Assembly (NCBI GenBank): GCA_024639455.1
Contig: JAHEIH010000006.1
Location: 44,411 to 108,410, forward strand
Source: Cellvibrionales bacterium
Lineage (GTDB): Bacteria > Pseudomonadota > Gammaproteobacteria > Pseudomonadales > JAHEIH01
Direction of reading: 5' to 3'
DNA: 64,000 bases
Below are positions 1 through 10,306 of the stretch, in pieces. Below the pieces are notes generated by a model. The model did no database searches and was not told the DNA's origin. It worked only from the letters and a program-made list of their open reading frames with translations. The translations under genes and the position numbers were made by a program. The stretch's first letter is position 1, and each line of letters opens with the position of its first letter.

Positions 1-924
1 GGCAAGCTCGGCGTTTTGTTTAACGGTAGTCAGTGCAGGCGAGGTGTATAGCCCTGCCTGTATGTCATCAAATCCAACAATCGCCACGTCCTCTGGAATG
101 CGCAAGCCAGCCTCGTATAAGGCCTTAATCGCCCCCATGGCAATTAGGTCAGTCGCAGCAAATATCGCGTCAAATTTAATGCGGCTTCGCAATAATTTGC
201 GGCAAGCCTCGTAGCCTTGATCGGCATTAGAGTCGTCCACTTTTAATTGCAGTTTGGGGTTAATGATCATGCCGGCCAGACTCAGTGCTCGGCAATAGCC
301 GCGATAGCGCTCACGAAACTCGGGAGCGTGCTCACTGATATCTCCCAAAAAGGCTATGTTCTTGCGAACGTGTTTAAGCAGTTGTTCGGTGGCAAGCAGT
401 CCGCCTTTAAGGTTGTCGCAACTGATGGTGATGCCTTGTTGTCCAGGCATAGAGGCACCCCAGGTCAAAAAGTGAGTGCCGCTGTTGATGAGATCCTTTG
501 CCATTCTTTGGTAATTTAAAAAATCCCCATAACCCAAAAATATTATGCCATCGGCGCGCTTACTGTCTTCGTAATCGCCGCGGAAATCTTCGTGCAATTG
601 GTGGAAAGAGACCAGTAGGTCGTAGTTTCGTTTGGCCGTTGCGCGAATGATGCTGCTAATCATAGCCATAAAGAAGGGGTTGATGTGATCGCTCGTGCCG
701 TTGTCTTCAAAAATCACCAATGCGAGCGTGTCGGTGCTCTGGGTGCGAAGGTTTCGAGCGTTTTTGTCGATCTTATAGTTAAGCTCTTTGGCAATGGCTT
801 TGATGTGATCGCGGGTTGCCTTGCTGACTAAGTGGCTGTCGCGTAGAGCGCGAGATACGGTCGATTGTGAAACGCCGGCGCGATAGGCGATGTCGATTGA
901 GGTAGCTTTACTGGATTTTGGCAC
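1..924 (-). CDS. LacI/GalR-family transcriptional regulator (C-terminus runs off the window start)
   Basis: Absent from the ORF track because it is open to the window edge. Hand translation of the reverse strand from GTG at 924 gives VPKSSKATSIDIAYRAGVSQSTVSRALR, a LacI-type HTH. A sugar-binding core follows, ending ...FDAIFAATDLIAMGAIKALYEAGLRIPEDVAIVGFDD... The frame stays open to base 1. Confidence 0.85.
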   Translation of the reverse strand, partial: MPKSSKATSIDIAYRAGVSQSTVSRALRDSHLVSKATRDHIKAIAKELNYKIDKNARNLRTQSTDTLALVIFEDNGTSDHINPFFMAMISSIIRATAKRNYDLLVSFHQLHEDFRGDYEDSKRADGIIFLGYGDFLNYQRMAKDLINSGTHFLTWGASMPGQQGITISCDNLKGGLLATEQLLKHVRKNIAFLGDISEHAPEFRERYRGYCRALSLAGMIINPKLQLKVDDSNADQGYEACRKLLRSRIKFDAIFAATDLIAMGAIKALYEAGLRIPEDVAIVGFDDIQAGLYTSPALTTVKQNAELA

Positions 925-1107
925 GGCGCGTCTCTCGCGGTGATTTGGCGCTATCTTAGCCTTTATGCATTATTATGCAAAGAAAAGATTTTTTGTGCAT
1001 ATTATTCATTTTTGGCGATGGGTTGACCCAGATCAATCGACTGTGTGTATGGGTTTGATGGCGAAGAGTGACTTGTCTACATTCAATCAACACAGAGGAG
1101 GGCGGTT

Positions 1108-1371
1108 ATGCCATCAGCGTCGTTAAAAGAAGATTACGGGGATATCGTGCAAAGATTAGCTCAGCAGCGCGATGAACTTCGCCTGCAAGCCCATTTATTT
1201 GGCCTGGAAGCGAAACAGCAGTGGGACAAAGCAGAGCAGCAATGGGAACACCTGCGCGCCAAGACGAAGGTGATAGGTGCGGAGGCCAGCCATGGCGGTG
1301 GAGAAATCAAAGAGTCACTGGAAGTGGTGCTAGAGGACGTCGGCGCTGACTACGAGAGGCTGCGCCGCTAG
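1108..1371 (+). CDS. hypothetical small protein (87 aa), helical/coiled-coil-like, no family recognised
   Basis: ORF track entry. A strong SD (gaggaggg) lies 6-7 nt upstream of the ATG. The sequence is charged and Q/E/K/R-rich. Confidence 0.55.
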   Translation: MPSASLKEDYGDIVQRLAQQRDELRLQAHLFGLEAKQQWDKAEQQWEHLRAKTKVIGAEASHGGGEIKESLEVVLEDVGADYERLRR

Positions 1372-1377
1372 CTGTAA

Positions 1378-2178
1378 TTACTCGGGGCGGACGCCAGGCC
1401 AATAAGGCATATTGATGAGAGGATGCAACGCGAGTTGTATGCCCTCTTCAATGTGATCATCGTCATCGAACAAATCTTTGTTGCGGCTGAAGCGTGGCTC
1501 TGAGAGTTTCATATTAATGGCCTCCATACCGTCGATACCGCCAACACCTGAAAAAACACGCTGCATGCTGTCGAGGTCGAAGATATTTATCCACAGCGAC
1601 GCGACGGCGGCGGTTTTTCCCCAGTCAAAATCTGCGGGCACAGAATTGCCAACCCCCATTTTGTCAAAACGTCTTGTCACACCATGCCATTTTGCGTTGC
1701 GTTTGTTGCCATGGATGTAGGCAACTTGGTATTCCAGTAAGTCGGTGAACAAAATGCCGGCGGCATCACTATTATCTTTTAGATGTTGTAGCGTCAGCGC
1801 CATTGCTTTCATGTGGGTGTCTGTCTTAAAGCGCCCGGTGGTTGGGTCGTAGCTATCGCCTGTTTGGCGAATGGCTGTATTCCAAGCGTTGTTGAAAACG
1901 TGAGCCGGCGCAAAGGTATAGCCGTTTGCGGACATGTATTCGACCAGCATCTGATCGATTTTGGGTTCAAACTGATGCATGTAAACACGACTTGGCTTGT
2001 TGAAATTCACGTTAGCCAATATCAGTTGTTTCATTTCGGGCGCGCGGGCGCGATCTTCGATATCGGCAATATGCGTGGTGTCGTTGTAATCACCTTTTAC
2101 AAAACTGTCGCCACCACAGGCGACAAGGCTGGTGAGGGTGACAAGCATGAAAAGGATTTTTGATGTTTGATGTGGCAC
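1378..2178 (-). CDS. putative lipoprotein of unknown function
   Basis: ORF 1378..2229 trimmed to GTG at 2178, which has an aggag SD 6 nt upstream. The resulting N-terminus VPHQTSKILFMLVTLTSLVAC-GG is a type II signal peptide with lipobox LVAC. I recognise no catalytic motif. Confidence 0.6.
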   Translation of the reverse strand: MPHQTSKILFMLVTLTSLVACGGDSFVKGDYNDTTHIADIEDRARAPEMKQLILANVNFNKPSRVYMHQFEPKIDQMLVEYMSANGYTFAPAHVFNNAWNTAIRQTGDSYDPTTGRFKTDTHMKAMALTLQHLKDNSDAAGILFTDLLEYQVAYIHGNKRNAKWHGVTRRFDKMGVGNSVPADFDWGKTAAVASLWINIFDLDSMQRVFSGVGGIDGMEAINMKLSEPRFSRNKDLFDDDDHIEEGIQLALHPLINMPYWPGVRPE

Positions 2179-2288
2179 GGTGATCTCCTGCGATTTCGAC
2201 AAGTGTACCAACTCCGCCTGCGAGTACAAGTGCGTACTAGGGACGCCTAAAAAAATCCGCTACAATGCACCGCAATAAGGAGAGGGTG

Positions 2289-3068
2289 GTGATACTTAAT
2301 TTTCGTCATATAGGCCAGGGCCCAGCGATCGTTTTAATTCACGGACTGTTTGGTTCGCTAGATAATCTCATGTCGCTCGGGCGGCAATTGTCTGAGCACT
2401 ATGCCATTGTCAGTGTTGACTTGCGCAATCACGGCGAGTCGCCGCGAGCGTACAATATGTCTCTGATTGAAATGGCGCAGGATATTTGCGATACCATGGA
2501 TCATCTTGGTTTTGGGCACTTTGCCATGCTGGGACACTCATTAGGTGGCAAGGTTGCGATGGCGACAGCCCTGCTTCATCCGGAAAGGGTCAAAGCGTTG
2601 CTGGTAGCTGATATTGCCCCAGTAACCTATGGTTCTACTCGCCACGACGATGTGTTTGCCGCCTTGTGTGCACTGCCGTTGGACGATATGAAAACCCGTA
2701 GCGAAGCCCTTACATTTATGCAACAAAATCTCCACGACCCCGGTATTGCAGAATTTCTTTTAAAAGGGCTTCGCAAGTCGCCGGAGGGGGGCTTTCAGTT
2801 ACGATATAACGTGCCTGTTTTGCGCGCCGACTACCAAAATATTGCCCAGTGGGATTTGGTCGGCCCTCAATTTCAGGGGCCGGTTAGGTTCATCAAAGGC
2901 AGTGATTCTGACTACGTGACGGCACAGCACTCGTCGGCGATTCAGCAGCAATTTCCAAACGCTTCCCTGCGCGCCATCGAAGGCGCAGGCCACTGGTTAC
3001 ACGCACAAAAACCGGTGGCGTTTAACCGCCTAGCAGAAAAGTTTTTTCACGAAAGCTATTCAGCCTAA
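2289..3068 (+). CDS. ybfF: alpha/beta-hydrolase, YbfF-like esterase
   Basis: Motifs IVLIHGLFGSLDNL and nucleophile elbow GHSLGG, plus a C-terminal GHWLH; resembles E. coli YbfF. The start was moved from ATG 2265 to GTG 2289 (or 2286). Reason: aaggaga SD at 2277-2283, and a tacaat -10-like hexamer overlaps the upstream ATG. Confidence 0.8.
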   Translation: MILNFRHIGQGPAIVLIHGLFGSLDNLMSLGRQLSEHYAIVSVDLRNHGESPRAYNMSLIEMAQDICDTMDHLGFGHFAMLGHSLGGKVAMATALLHPERVKALLVADIAPVTYGSTRHDDVFAALCALPLDDMKTRSEALTFMQQNLHDPGIAEFLLKGLRKSPEGGFQLRYNVPVLRADYQNIAQWDLVGPQFQGPVRFIKGSDSDYVTAQHSSAIQQQFPNASLRAIEGAGHWLHAQKPVAFNRLAEKFFHESYSA

Positions 3069-3694
3069 CGTTGACAGGCCGTTAAGGTTTGGTTCAGGGT
3101 GTCGCGAGCATTATCAACCAACAGAGGCTGAGCCTCCGTGGTGGGATGAATGCCGTCAGATTGCATTAGATTAGGATTTTCGGCGACATTGTCCAAGAAA
3201 AATTCCACCCGTTCGGTGTTGTAACGGGTCGCCAGTGTCGCAAATAGTTGAAAGAATCCCTCGCTGTAGCGTTGGCCGTAGTTGGGTGGGATACGCATTC
3301 CAAGCAACACCACTCCGCAAGCGCCGCTTTGCTGAGATTGTTCTATCATAGTGGCGAGGTTTTTTTCAATGCGATCGAGGGGGTAGCCACGCAAACCGTC
3401 GTTACCGCCTAGTTCAATGACCACTATGTCGGGGTGGTGCTGTTGCAGGAGCTTGCCAATGCGCGCTGCACCGCCGACCGTTGTTTCGCCACTAATGCTG
3501 GCGTTGATAACATCGACCGGGTGTTCAAGTGCGTTGGCTAGTTGATCAGCCCAGCCACTGCCACGAGGTATACCATATCCGGCGCTAATACTATCGCCGA
3601 CGATAAGAAGTTTGGCGCTATCGGCCTGTGCCAAAGACGCGACTGAACTAAGCCATATAACGTATAAGCCCACAACAAGAGCTTTTAACCACAT
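3065..3694 (-). CDS. tesA: SGNH/GDSL arylesterase, thioesterase I / lysophospholipase L1
   Basis: Signal peptide followed by the LIVGDSISAGYG block (GDS nucleophile), GGNDG and DGIHP blocks. Divergent from ybbA-ybbP as in E. coli. Confidence 0.88.
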   Translation of the reverse strand: MWLKALVVGLYVIWLSSVASLAQADSAKLLIVGDSISAGYGIPRGSGWADQLANALEHPVDVINASISGETTVGGAARIGKLLQQHHPDIVVIELGGNDGLRGYPLDRIEKNLATMIEQSQQSGACGVVLLGMRIPPNYGQRYSEGFFQLFATLATRYNTERVEFFLDNVAENPNLMQSDGIHPTTEAQPLLVDNARDTLNQTLTACQR

Positions 3695-3703
3695 AGAATC
3701 ACC

Positions 3704-4369
3704 ATGATTATTGCCAAAAATATTGTAAAAACTGTTTCTACTCGCGCTGGCGAGCTACATATCCTGCAGGGTATTGATCTGCATATCAAGGCCGGCGAAA
3801 GCGTTGCCATTGTCGGTAGTTCAGGTTCAGGTAAATCTACCTTGTTGGCCTTGTTGGCCGGTTTGGATAATCCCAGCCAAGGCGAGATCTATCTTGGAGA
3901 TCAGCCTTTGCACGCCATGAGCGAAGACCAACGTGCTCTCTTGCGCGCTGACCATGTTGGCTTTGTTTTCCAGTCATTTCAGTTGCTGCAAGGCCTGACC
4001 GCCATGGAAAACATCGCCTTGCCGCTGGAGTTAACCCGTGCTGACAAAGCAGAGCATCTGGCTCGCCAATATTTAGAAAAAGTCGGCCTCAACGAGCGTG
4101 GCCACCACTATCCCAATCAGTTGTCAGGTGGGGAACAACAGCGTGTTGCCATTGCCCGCGCCTTTGCATCGCAGCCCAGCGTGTTGTTCGCCGACGAACC
4201 CACCGGGAACCTTGATGGTGAAACCGGGCAGCGTATTGCTGACTTATTATTCGATCTAAATCGCGATGAGGATTGCACATTGGTGTTAGTTACCCACGAT
4301 GACGAGCTCGCTGCACGCTGTGATCGCCGTCTGCGTATGAACAGTGGTCGCCTCTGCGAGGAGGGCTAG
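3704..4369 (+). CDS. ybbA: ABC transporter ATP-binding protein (YbbA/LolD-like)
   Basis: Walker A GSSGSGKST, signature LSGGEQQR, Walker B VLFADEPT. Conserved tesA-ybbA-ybbP arrangement. Confidence 0.88.
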   Translation: MIIAKNIVKTVSTRAGELHILQGIDLHIKAGESVAIVGSSGSGKSTLLALLAGLDNPSQGEIYLGDQPLHAMSEDQRALLRADHVGFVFQSFQLLQGLTAMENIALPLELTRADKAEHLARQYLEKVGLNERGHHYPNQLSGGEQQRVAIARAFASQPSVLFADEPTGNLDGETGQRIADLLFDLNRDEDCTLVLVTHDDELAARCDRRLRMNSGRLCEEG

Positions 4370-4371
4370 CG

Positions 4372-6840
4372 GTGAAATTAGCCTTAAAAATGCTTGGTCG
4401 TGATTGGCGCGGTGGTGAACTACAACTGTTATTTGCCTGCTTAATACTAGCCGTTGCCACTGTCTCAGGCATTACCCATTTTTCGTCGACACTGCAGGCG
4501 TCTTTGTTACAGCAAAGTAAGGATTTCTTAGCCGGCAGTATGGTGCTATCTAGTCCACGCCCCGTGCAATCTGCTTGGATAGAGGAAGCCCGTGAACGCG
4601 GTATTGCTGTCTCTGAAAATGTCGGTATGGCATCGATGGCTTTTGCAAACGAGCGTATGCAACTGTCTTCGTTAAAAGCGGTCAGCGATGGTTACCCATT
4701 GCGTGGCAAGCTGCGTATTGCCGATACACCCTTCAGCGCCGAGAGCCACGTGGTGCAACACGGCCCCGCGCCAGGTGAAGCCTGGTTAGCGTCCAGTATG
4801 GCGAGTCTGCTTGATATTCAGCCCGGTGCTGTGCTGGAAATTGGTAAAACAACGCTGCGCTTCAGCCAGGTGCTGGTGGATGAGCCTGATCGCGGTTTTG
4901 CCATGTTTAGCGTCGGGCCGCGTGTGATGATCCATCTCGATGACCTGGCAGCGGCGGATCTTGTGCATGTAGGTAGTCGGGTCAGCTACCGCTATCAATT
5001 TGATGCCGCTGATGCGTTGATCGCTGATTTTAAAGCATGGCTTGAGCCACAGCTCGAAGATAGTCACCGTATACGCACCCTTGATGATGCTCAACCGCGA
5101 CTGGCAGAAGCCCTTCAGCGCGCCGAAAGATTCCTATTGTTAGCCGGCTCGCTGGCGGTCATGTTGTCGGGATTGGCGATTGCTATGAGTGCGCAGCGCT
5201 ATTGCCAGCGACATTACGATCATGTCGCTATTTTGAAGACCCTCGGTATGACCGAGGGGCGCGTACTCGGCTTGTTTGCCACCAGTTTGTTGTTATTAGC
5301 ATTATTGGCCAGCCTTGTTGGTGGACTGGCGGGCTGGGGCTTAAAAGGTCTGTTCGAACAAGTGTTTGCCGAATACTTGGTTGATGTCGCCGAGGTATCG
5401 CTCTGGCGACCTTGGTTATTTGGTTTGGCCACGGCCTTGGTCAGCCTTCTAGCTTTTGCTTGGCCACCGCTGCGCGCCTTACAAAAAACTTCAGCGATGG
5501 CGGTACTGCGAGATTTGGTTCCGACGGATCCCCTCAGCCAGGGTTTGCGACTCGTGATCGCCGGTTTTGGTAGCGTAGCGCTGCTGATGATCTATACCCA
5601 GTCGTGGTTCTTATCGTTGGGTCTGCTGGGTGGTTTGGCAGCCTTGACTTTGGTCGTTGGTTTGTTAGCGCGCGGTGTACTTGCCGTACCGCGCCGTTTT
5701 GGGGGATTGGCTTCCCCGCTGGGCTTGGCGTGGGCTAATTTTCAACGCCATCGCCGTCACACCCAACTTCAGCTGATGGTGTATAGCAGTGCCTTGATGT
5801 TGGTAGGGTTGTTGTGGGCAGTACGCAGTGACTTACTCGACGATTGGCGTGCTTCATTGCCGGCGGATACCCCAAATCATTTTATGGTAAATGTCGCGGA
5901 GTACGAAGTGGATTCGCTGCGGCAGCAGCTTAATGACGCTGGTGTTGCCACGGAAACCATTTACCCGATGGTGCGTGGCCGACTGACGCATATTAACGGT
6001 GAAAGTGTACGTACTCAGGTCACCAAAGAGGAACAGCGCAGTATTGATCGTGAACTCAATTTGACCTGGAACGATGCCTTGCCGCCAAAGAATGTGTTGG
6101 AGCAGGGGACATGGTGGCGCGATGATGCCAACGATGGCGTGTCGATTGAAGCGCGTTTAGCGGAACGCTTGGGTTTGAAAATGGGTGATACGTTGCGTTT
6201 TCAAATTGGCGCCGATATTTTGGAGACGTACATTCAAAGCATCCGCAGTCTCGATTGGCAGCAAATGCGGCCCAATTTCTATTTCATTTTCCCGCCCGGT
6301 GTGCTGAATACTTATCCGGCGACGTTCATTACCAGTGTGTACCTAGGCCCCGAGCAAAAGCCTTTGTTGACTGGGTTGATGCGCGAGTTTCCCACGGTCA
6401 CCATCATTGAGATGGATGTGATCATCGCCCAAATTAACAGCACGGTAGATCGGGTCAGTCAGGCCATTGAAATAGTTTTTGGATTGGTTTTACTAGCCAC
6501 AGCAGCGGTATTGGTGGCGAGTATTTTGGCTTCGCAACGCGAACGTCGACGCGACAATGCCCTGTTGCGAACGATGGGGGCAACGTCGCCTTTATTGTGG
6601 CGCGCGTGTGGTTGGGAATTTGTGGTGCTCGGGCTAGCGGCTAATATGATCGCCTGCTTGGGGGCGGAATTGAGCCTCGCGGCGATACAGTCGCAGCTGT
6701 TGGGAATCGCCCCCAGTATTCATTGGCATTTGTGGTGGGTGCTTCCCGCTATTAGTATCCCTGTGTTAGTGTTCATCGGTATAGCCAGTTCAAGGGCGAG
6801 CCTATTCGAACCGCCTGTGGTGCTACTGCGAGATAGCTAA
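4372..6840 (+). CDS. ybbP: ABC transporter permease, FtsX-like duplicated (YbbP)
   Basis: 822 aa with multiple TM segments in two FtsX-like halves. GTG start lies 2 nt after the ybbA stop. Confidence 0.82.
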   Translation: MKLALKMLGRDWRGGELQLLFACLILAVATVSGITHFSSTLQASLLQQSKDFLAGSMVLSSPRPVQSAWIEEARERGIAVSENVGMASMAFANERMQLSSLKAVSDGYPLRGKLRIADTPFSAESHVVQHGPAPGEAWLASSMASLLDIQPGAVLEIGKTTLRFSQVLVDEPDRGFAMFSVGPRVMIHLDDLAAADLVHVGSRVSYRYQFDAADALIADFKAWLEPQLEDSHRIRTLDDAQPRLAEALQRAERFLLLAGSLAVMLSGLAIAMSAQRYCQRHYDHVAILKTLGMTEGRVLGLFATSLLLLALLASLVGGLAGWGLKGLFEQVFAEYLVDVAEVSLWRPWLFGLATALVSLLAFAWPPLRALQKTSAMAVLRDLVPTDPLSQGLRLVIAGFGSVALLMIYTQSWFLSLGLLGGLAALTLVVGLLARGVLAVPRRFGGLASPLGLAWANFQRHRRHTQLQLMVYSSALMLVGLLWAVRSDLLDDWRASLPADTPNHFMVNVAEYEVDSLRQQLNDAGVATETIYPMVRGRLTHINGESVRTQVTKEEQRSIDRELNLTWNDALPPKNVLEQGTWWRDDANDGVSIEARLAERLGLKMGDTLRFQIGADILETYIQSIRSLDWQQMRPNFYFIFPPGVLNTYPATFITSVYLGPEQKPLLTGLMREFPTVTIIEMDVIIAQINSTVDRVSQAIEIVFGLVLLATAAVLVASILASQRERRRDNALLRTMGATSPLLWRACGWEFVVLGLAANMIACLGAELSLAAIQSQLLGIAPSIHWHLWWVLPAISIPVLVFIGIASSRASLFEPPVVLLRDS

Positions 6841-6849
6841 GGGAACGAT

Positions 6850-8580
6850 GTGAAGAAATTGCTTTTATTAGGCGCCGCAATGCTTGCGGCGTCGGCCGTT
6901 CAGGCCAGTCGAGACGATCCAGAAAGAACAGTTATCACTCGTCAACTCGACGTAGTCGAGGGGCGAGACTTCATGGTCGCGGCGGCCAATCCTCACGCGG
7001 TTCGCGCGGGGGAAAAAGTACTTCAGGCTGGCGGCAGTGCCATTGATGCGGCCGTGGCCGTACAGACCACGTTGGGCTTGGTAGAGCCACAGTCCTCCGG
7101 TATCGGTGGTGGTGCCTTCATCATGTATTGGTCAGCCAAAGAGGCCAAACTGTATACCTTGGATGCCCGAGAACGTGCCCCTGTTGAGGCTACGGCGGAT
7201 CAATTCTATGTTGGCGGGAAGCCCCTGTCGTGGCGTGAGGCCATTGTGGGCGGAATGTCAGTCGGGGTGCCTGGCGTGGTGAAGGGGCTGGAAAGCGCCC
7301 ACCAGCGATTTGGCAAATTACCATGGTCTAGCCTGTTCGAGCATCCGATAGATCTTGCGACACGCGGTTTTGAGGTATCGCCGCGCTTAGCGCGCTTGGT
7401 CGCGATGAAACTGCACCCAGGGCTGACCCAAATAGCGCCAGGCAAGGACTATTTTTATCCCAACGGTGAACCCATTGCGGCGGGTTCAGTGCTGCGCAAC
7501 CCAGACTACGCATTAACGTTACAAAATATTGCAGCGCAGGGCAGCGTTGCCTTCTATCGCGGTAAGTTTGCCGAGCAGTTGGTGTCCACCGTGCGCAACG
7601 CCCCTATTAACCCCGGGCGCTTGAGTCTACAAGATCTTGCCAATTATGAGGCGACCTGGCGCGATCCGCTGTGTGGACCCTATCGACTGTACACTGTGTG
7701 CGGCATGATGCCGCCCTCTTCGGGTGGGTTAGCGGTGTTGCAGATTATGGGCATACTGCAGCATTTCCCGCTGGCGGATTATCGCGCTGATAGTGCTGAT
7801 CTCTGGCATCTTTATAGCCAGGCCTCGCGGGTAGCGTTTGCTGATCGTGAGCGTTACGCGGCGGATGGTGATTTTGTCGATATCCCCTTGCAGGCCTTAT
7901 TGGCGCCGCATTATCTGCAGTCGCGCGCCGAAAGCATCGATACAAACACTGATATGGGTAAAGTCAGCCCCTTGGTTGTAGAGCAGAAGTTTAGCTATGC
8001 CAATGACGACAGTTATTCACTGCCTAGTACTAGCCATATGGTTATTATCGACGCCGAGGGCAACGCGGTGAGCATGACCACCTCGATCGAGATGGCCTTT
8101 GGTTCTAGCTTAATGGTGGGTGGTGTTCTTTTAAACAATCAACTGACCGACTTCAGTTTGAGTTTTGAGAAAGACGGCGTGTTGGTAGCCAATCGTGTTC
8201 AGCCCGGTAAGCGGCCTCGCTCGTCTATGGCGCCGACGGTAGTCTTGAAGGACGACAAGCCTGTGTTATTGGTGGGATCTCCAGGGGGCACGCGTATTAT
8301 CAACTACGTCGCTAAGACACTTGTTGCCCACCTCGATCTCGGTCTGGATATTCAAGCGGCGGTTAATTTGGCCAATGTGAGCCACACAAATGGTAAGGCG
8401 CTAATGTTAGAGGAGGGGGCAGCTAGTGATCATCTGGTCGAGCAACTTCGTGCCATGGGTCATACCGTGCAGGTGCGTGATATGAACAGTGGTGTGCACG
8501 CCATCGCCATCCAAGGTGAGAGATTGTTTGGCGCCGCCGATCCTCGCCGCGAAGGTGCTGTCGCTACTGCTCCAAATTAA
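6850..8580 (+). CDS. ggt: gamma-glutamyltranspeptidase
   Basis: Signal peptide. Autoprocessing/nucleophile region PSTSHMVIIDAEGNAVSMTTSIE and SPGGTRII are typical of GGT. Confidence 0.9.
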   Translation: MKKLLLLGAAMLAASAVQASRDDPERTVITRQLDVVEGRDFMVAAANPHAVRAGEKVLQAGGSAIDAAVAVQTTLGLVEPQSSGIGGGAFIMYWSAKEAKLYTLDARERAPVEATADQFYVGGKPLSWREAIVGGMSVGVPGVVKGLESAHQRFGKLPWSSLFEHPIDLATRGFEVSPRLARLVAMKLHPGLTQIAPGKDYFYPNGEPIAAGSVLRNPDYALTLQNIAAQGSVAFYRGKFAEQLVSTVRNAPINPGRLSLQDLANYEATWRDPLCGPYRLYTVCGMMPPSSGGLAVLQIMGILQHFPLADYRADSADLWHLYSQASRVAFADRERYAADGDFVDIPLQALLAPHYLQSRAESIDTNTDMGKVSPLVVEQKFSYANDDSYSLPSTSHMVIIDAEGNAVSMTTSIEMAFGSSLMVGGVLLNNQLTDFSLSFEKDGVLVANRVQPGKRPRSSMAPTVVLKDDKPVLLVGSPGGTRIINYVAKTLVAHLDLGLDIQAAVNLANVSHTNGKALMLEEGAASDHLVEQLRAMGHTVQVRDMNSGVHAIAIQGERLFGAADPRREGAVATAPN

Positions 8581-10231
8581 GAATCTCGGACAAAGTGCGG
8601 GCAGTGGGTTCACTCAGGCAGTAGTGTTTCACGGCGTTTAATAGTGAATGCCCGGCTAACAGTATTTGCCGATTAAGGTTGAGGGCGCGTGACGCGTCTT
8701 CACGATTTAACTGCCGCTGATCGATCATACCGTATATCAACGCATCAAATTCCCCGTGGCTGTCTTTTAGGGCGATGCTTAAATCGCGCAACTGCTCTGT
8801 CGCCGGTTGGCTGTCGGTGGTCATTAGACTTAGTAGACCTAGATAAAACGGGATAGTTTGCTCCAGTAAAGACGCCAAGGAACGCTGGTTCGGGCTATCC
8901 AGCAGCTGTTCCAGATCACTCTGAATATCCTTAAAGGCCTTGGCGGCATAGCTTGAATCGCGCAAACATACAAGGAGCTGCTTAATGCGGCTTGTATCGT
9001 TGTCGCCCATCGCGCGCTGCAGGTCTAATGCGTAGTCGCTGAGATGGTTTTCATTATCTTGCAGTATTTGGTATTGGACATCGCTATCCCAATGTTCCAG
9101 CGGAGTTAGCAAGGCGGGCTCGACGTTGTCGATTAGTCGATTGGGGAGCCTAGCAAGGTTGCTGTAAAGCGAACGCTGAATAGCAGTAGCGACATCTTTT
9201 TCCAGTGCATGTAAAGCCACATCGCCTAAGGCAGGATCAACATTGTCCACGGTGCGATGGCTGTCTCTATCGATGGGAATCAGGCGTTCGATAAGGTGTT
9301 GGAAGTGACGAACCCAGGGTAAAAACATCAAAATTCCCAATACGTTAAAGGCGCTGTGAAACCCCACGAGCGCAAATAGGGGGTCTCTAATACCCACCAC
9401 GTCAGTGACGAGATACAACAACCAAGGCAGGCAGATGACCGCCACGATGTCAGTGACGACGTTAAATATAAAATGAATGGCTGATACCCGGCGTTTAATG
9501 CGTGCGCCTTTTAACGAGCCAATAATGACTGTACTTGTGGTGCCAAGGTCTGCTCCGATCGCAAAAGCGGCCGCGCTTTGCAGGTCGATAATGCCGCCGT
9601 GCAAGGCGGTCAGCGCCATCATCATAGCGGCTGAGCTCGCTTGAATAACCGCGGTAAGCATCGCCCCAGCCACAAAGAAGACCCAAGTAGGTGTGTTCTT
9701 CAGTGTGGCTAAATTGACCAATTCCGTGACAAAGCGAATGCTATCTTTCATCAGGATCATTCCCATGATGAGTAGACCAAGACCAAAAATGAAGCGCCCC
9801 AGTGCCTTGGCACGACTGTTGTTTGGGCCCCATAGCAAGCCACAGGCGCCAAGGCCAAGCAGCGGAAGATAGACTTCTTTGAGATCCAGTTTGAAGCCGA
9901 TGGTGGCGATGATCCATCCGGTGAAAGTGGTGCCGAGGTTGGCCCCCAAAATAATACCGATGGCGTTGTACAGTTGCAAAATACCGGCGCTAACAAAGGC
10001 TAGGGTGATTAAACTGACAATCGAGGAACTTTGCACCATGACTGTGGCGCCCATGCCAAAACCAATGCCTTGCAAGGGCGTTTTGGTATAGTTACCCAGC
10101 ACGCGTTTCAGGGTGCGGTCGCCAAGCCGCCCTAGGCCTTTTTCCAATTGGTCTATGCCCAGCAAAAAAAGCGCAATGCCACAGATAAACAACACAATAT
10201 TCATAAACTTTATGCCAGTATAATCAGACAA
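8564..10231 (-). CDS. Na+/phosphate cotransporter family protein with PhoU-like C-terminal region (YjbB/NptA-like)
   Basis: 555 aa. The N-terminal half is polytopic with repeated GANLGTT / GADLGTT motifs. The soluble helical C-terminal half resembles PhoU-like regulators. Confidence 0.82.
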   Translation of the reverse strand: MSDYTGIKFMNIVLFICGIALFLLGIDQLEKGLGRLGDRTLKRVLGNYTKTPLQGIGFGMGATVMVQSSSIVSLITLAFVSAGILQLYNAIGIILGANLGTTFTGWIIATIGFKLDLKEVYLPLLGLGACGLLWGPNNSRAKALGRFIFGLGLLIMGMILMKDSIRFVTELVNLATLKNTPTWVFFVAGAMLTAVIQASSAAMMMALTALHGGIIDLQSAAAFAIGADLGTTSTVIIGSLKGARIKRRVSAIHFIFNVVTDIVAVICLPWLLYLVTDVVGIRDPLFALVGFHSAFNVLGILMFLPWVRHFQHLIERLIPIDRDSHRTVDNVDPALGDVALHALEKDVATAIQRSLYSNLARLPNRLIDNVEPALLTPLEHWDSDVQYQILQDNENHLSDYALDLQRAMGDNDTSRIKQLLVCLRDSSYAAKAFKDIQSDLEQLLDSPNQRSLASLLEQTIPFYLGLLSLMTTDSQPATEQLRDLSIALKDSHGEFDALIYGMIDQRQLNREDASRALNLNRQILLAGHSLLNAVKHYCLSEPTARTLSEILNLEQ

Positions 10232-10306
10232 TAGTAGACCCTATGGAGAATGTAGTTGATCTGCTAATGTCAGCATTGATTTGTATCACTACCTAACGAG
10301 TATTCT

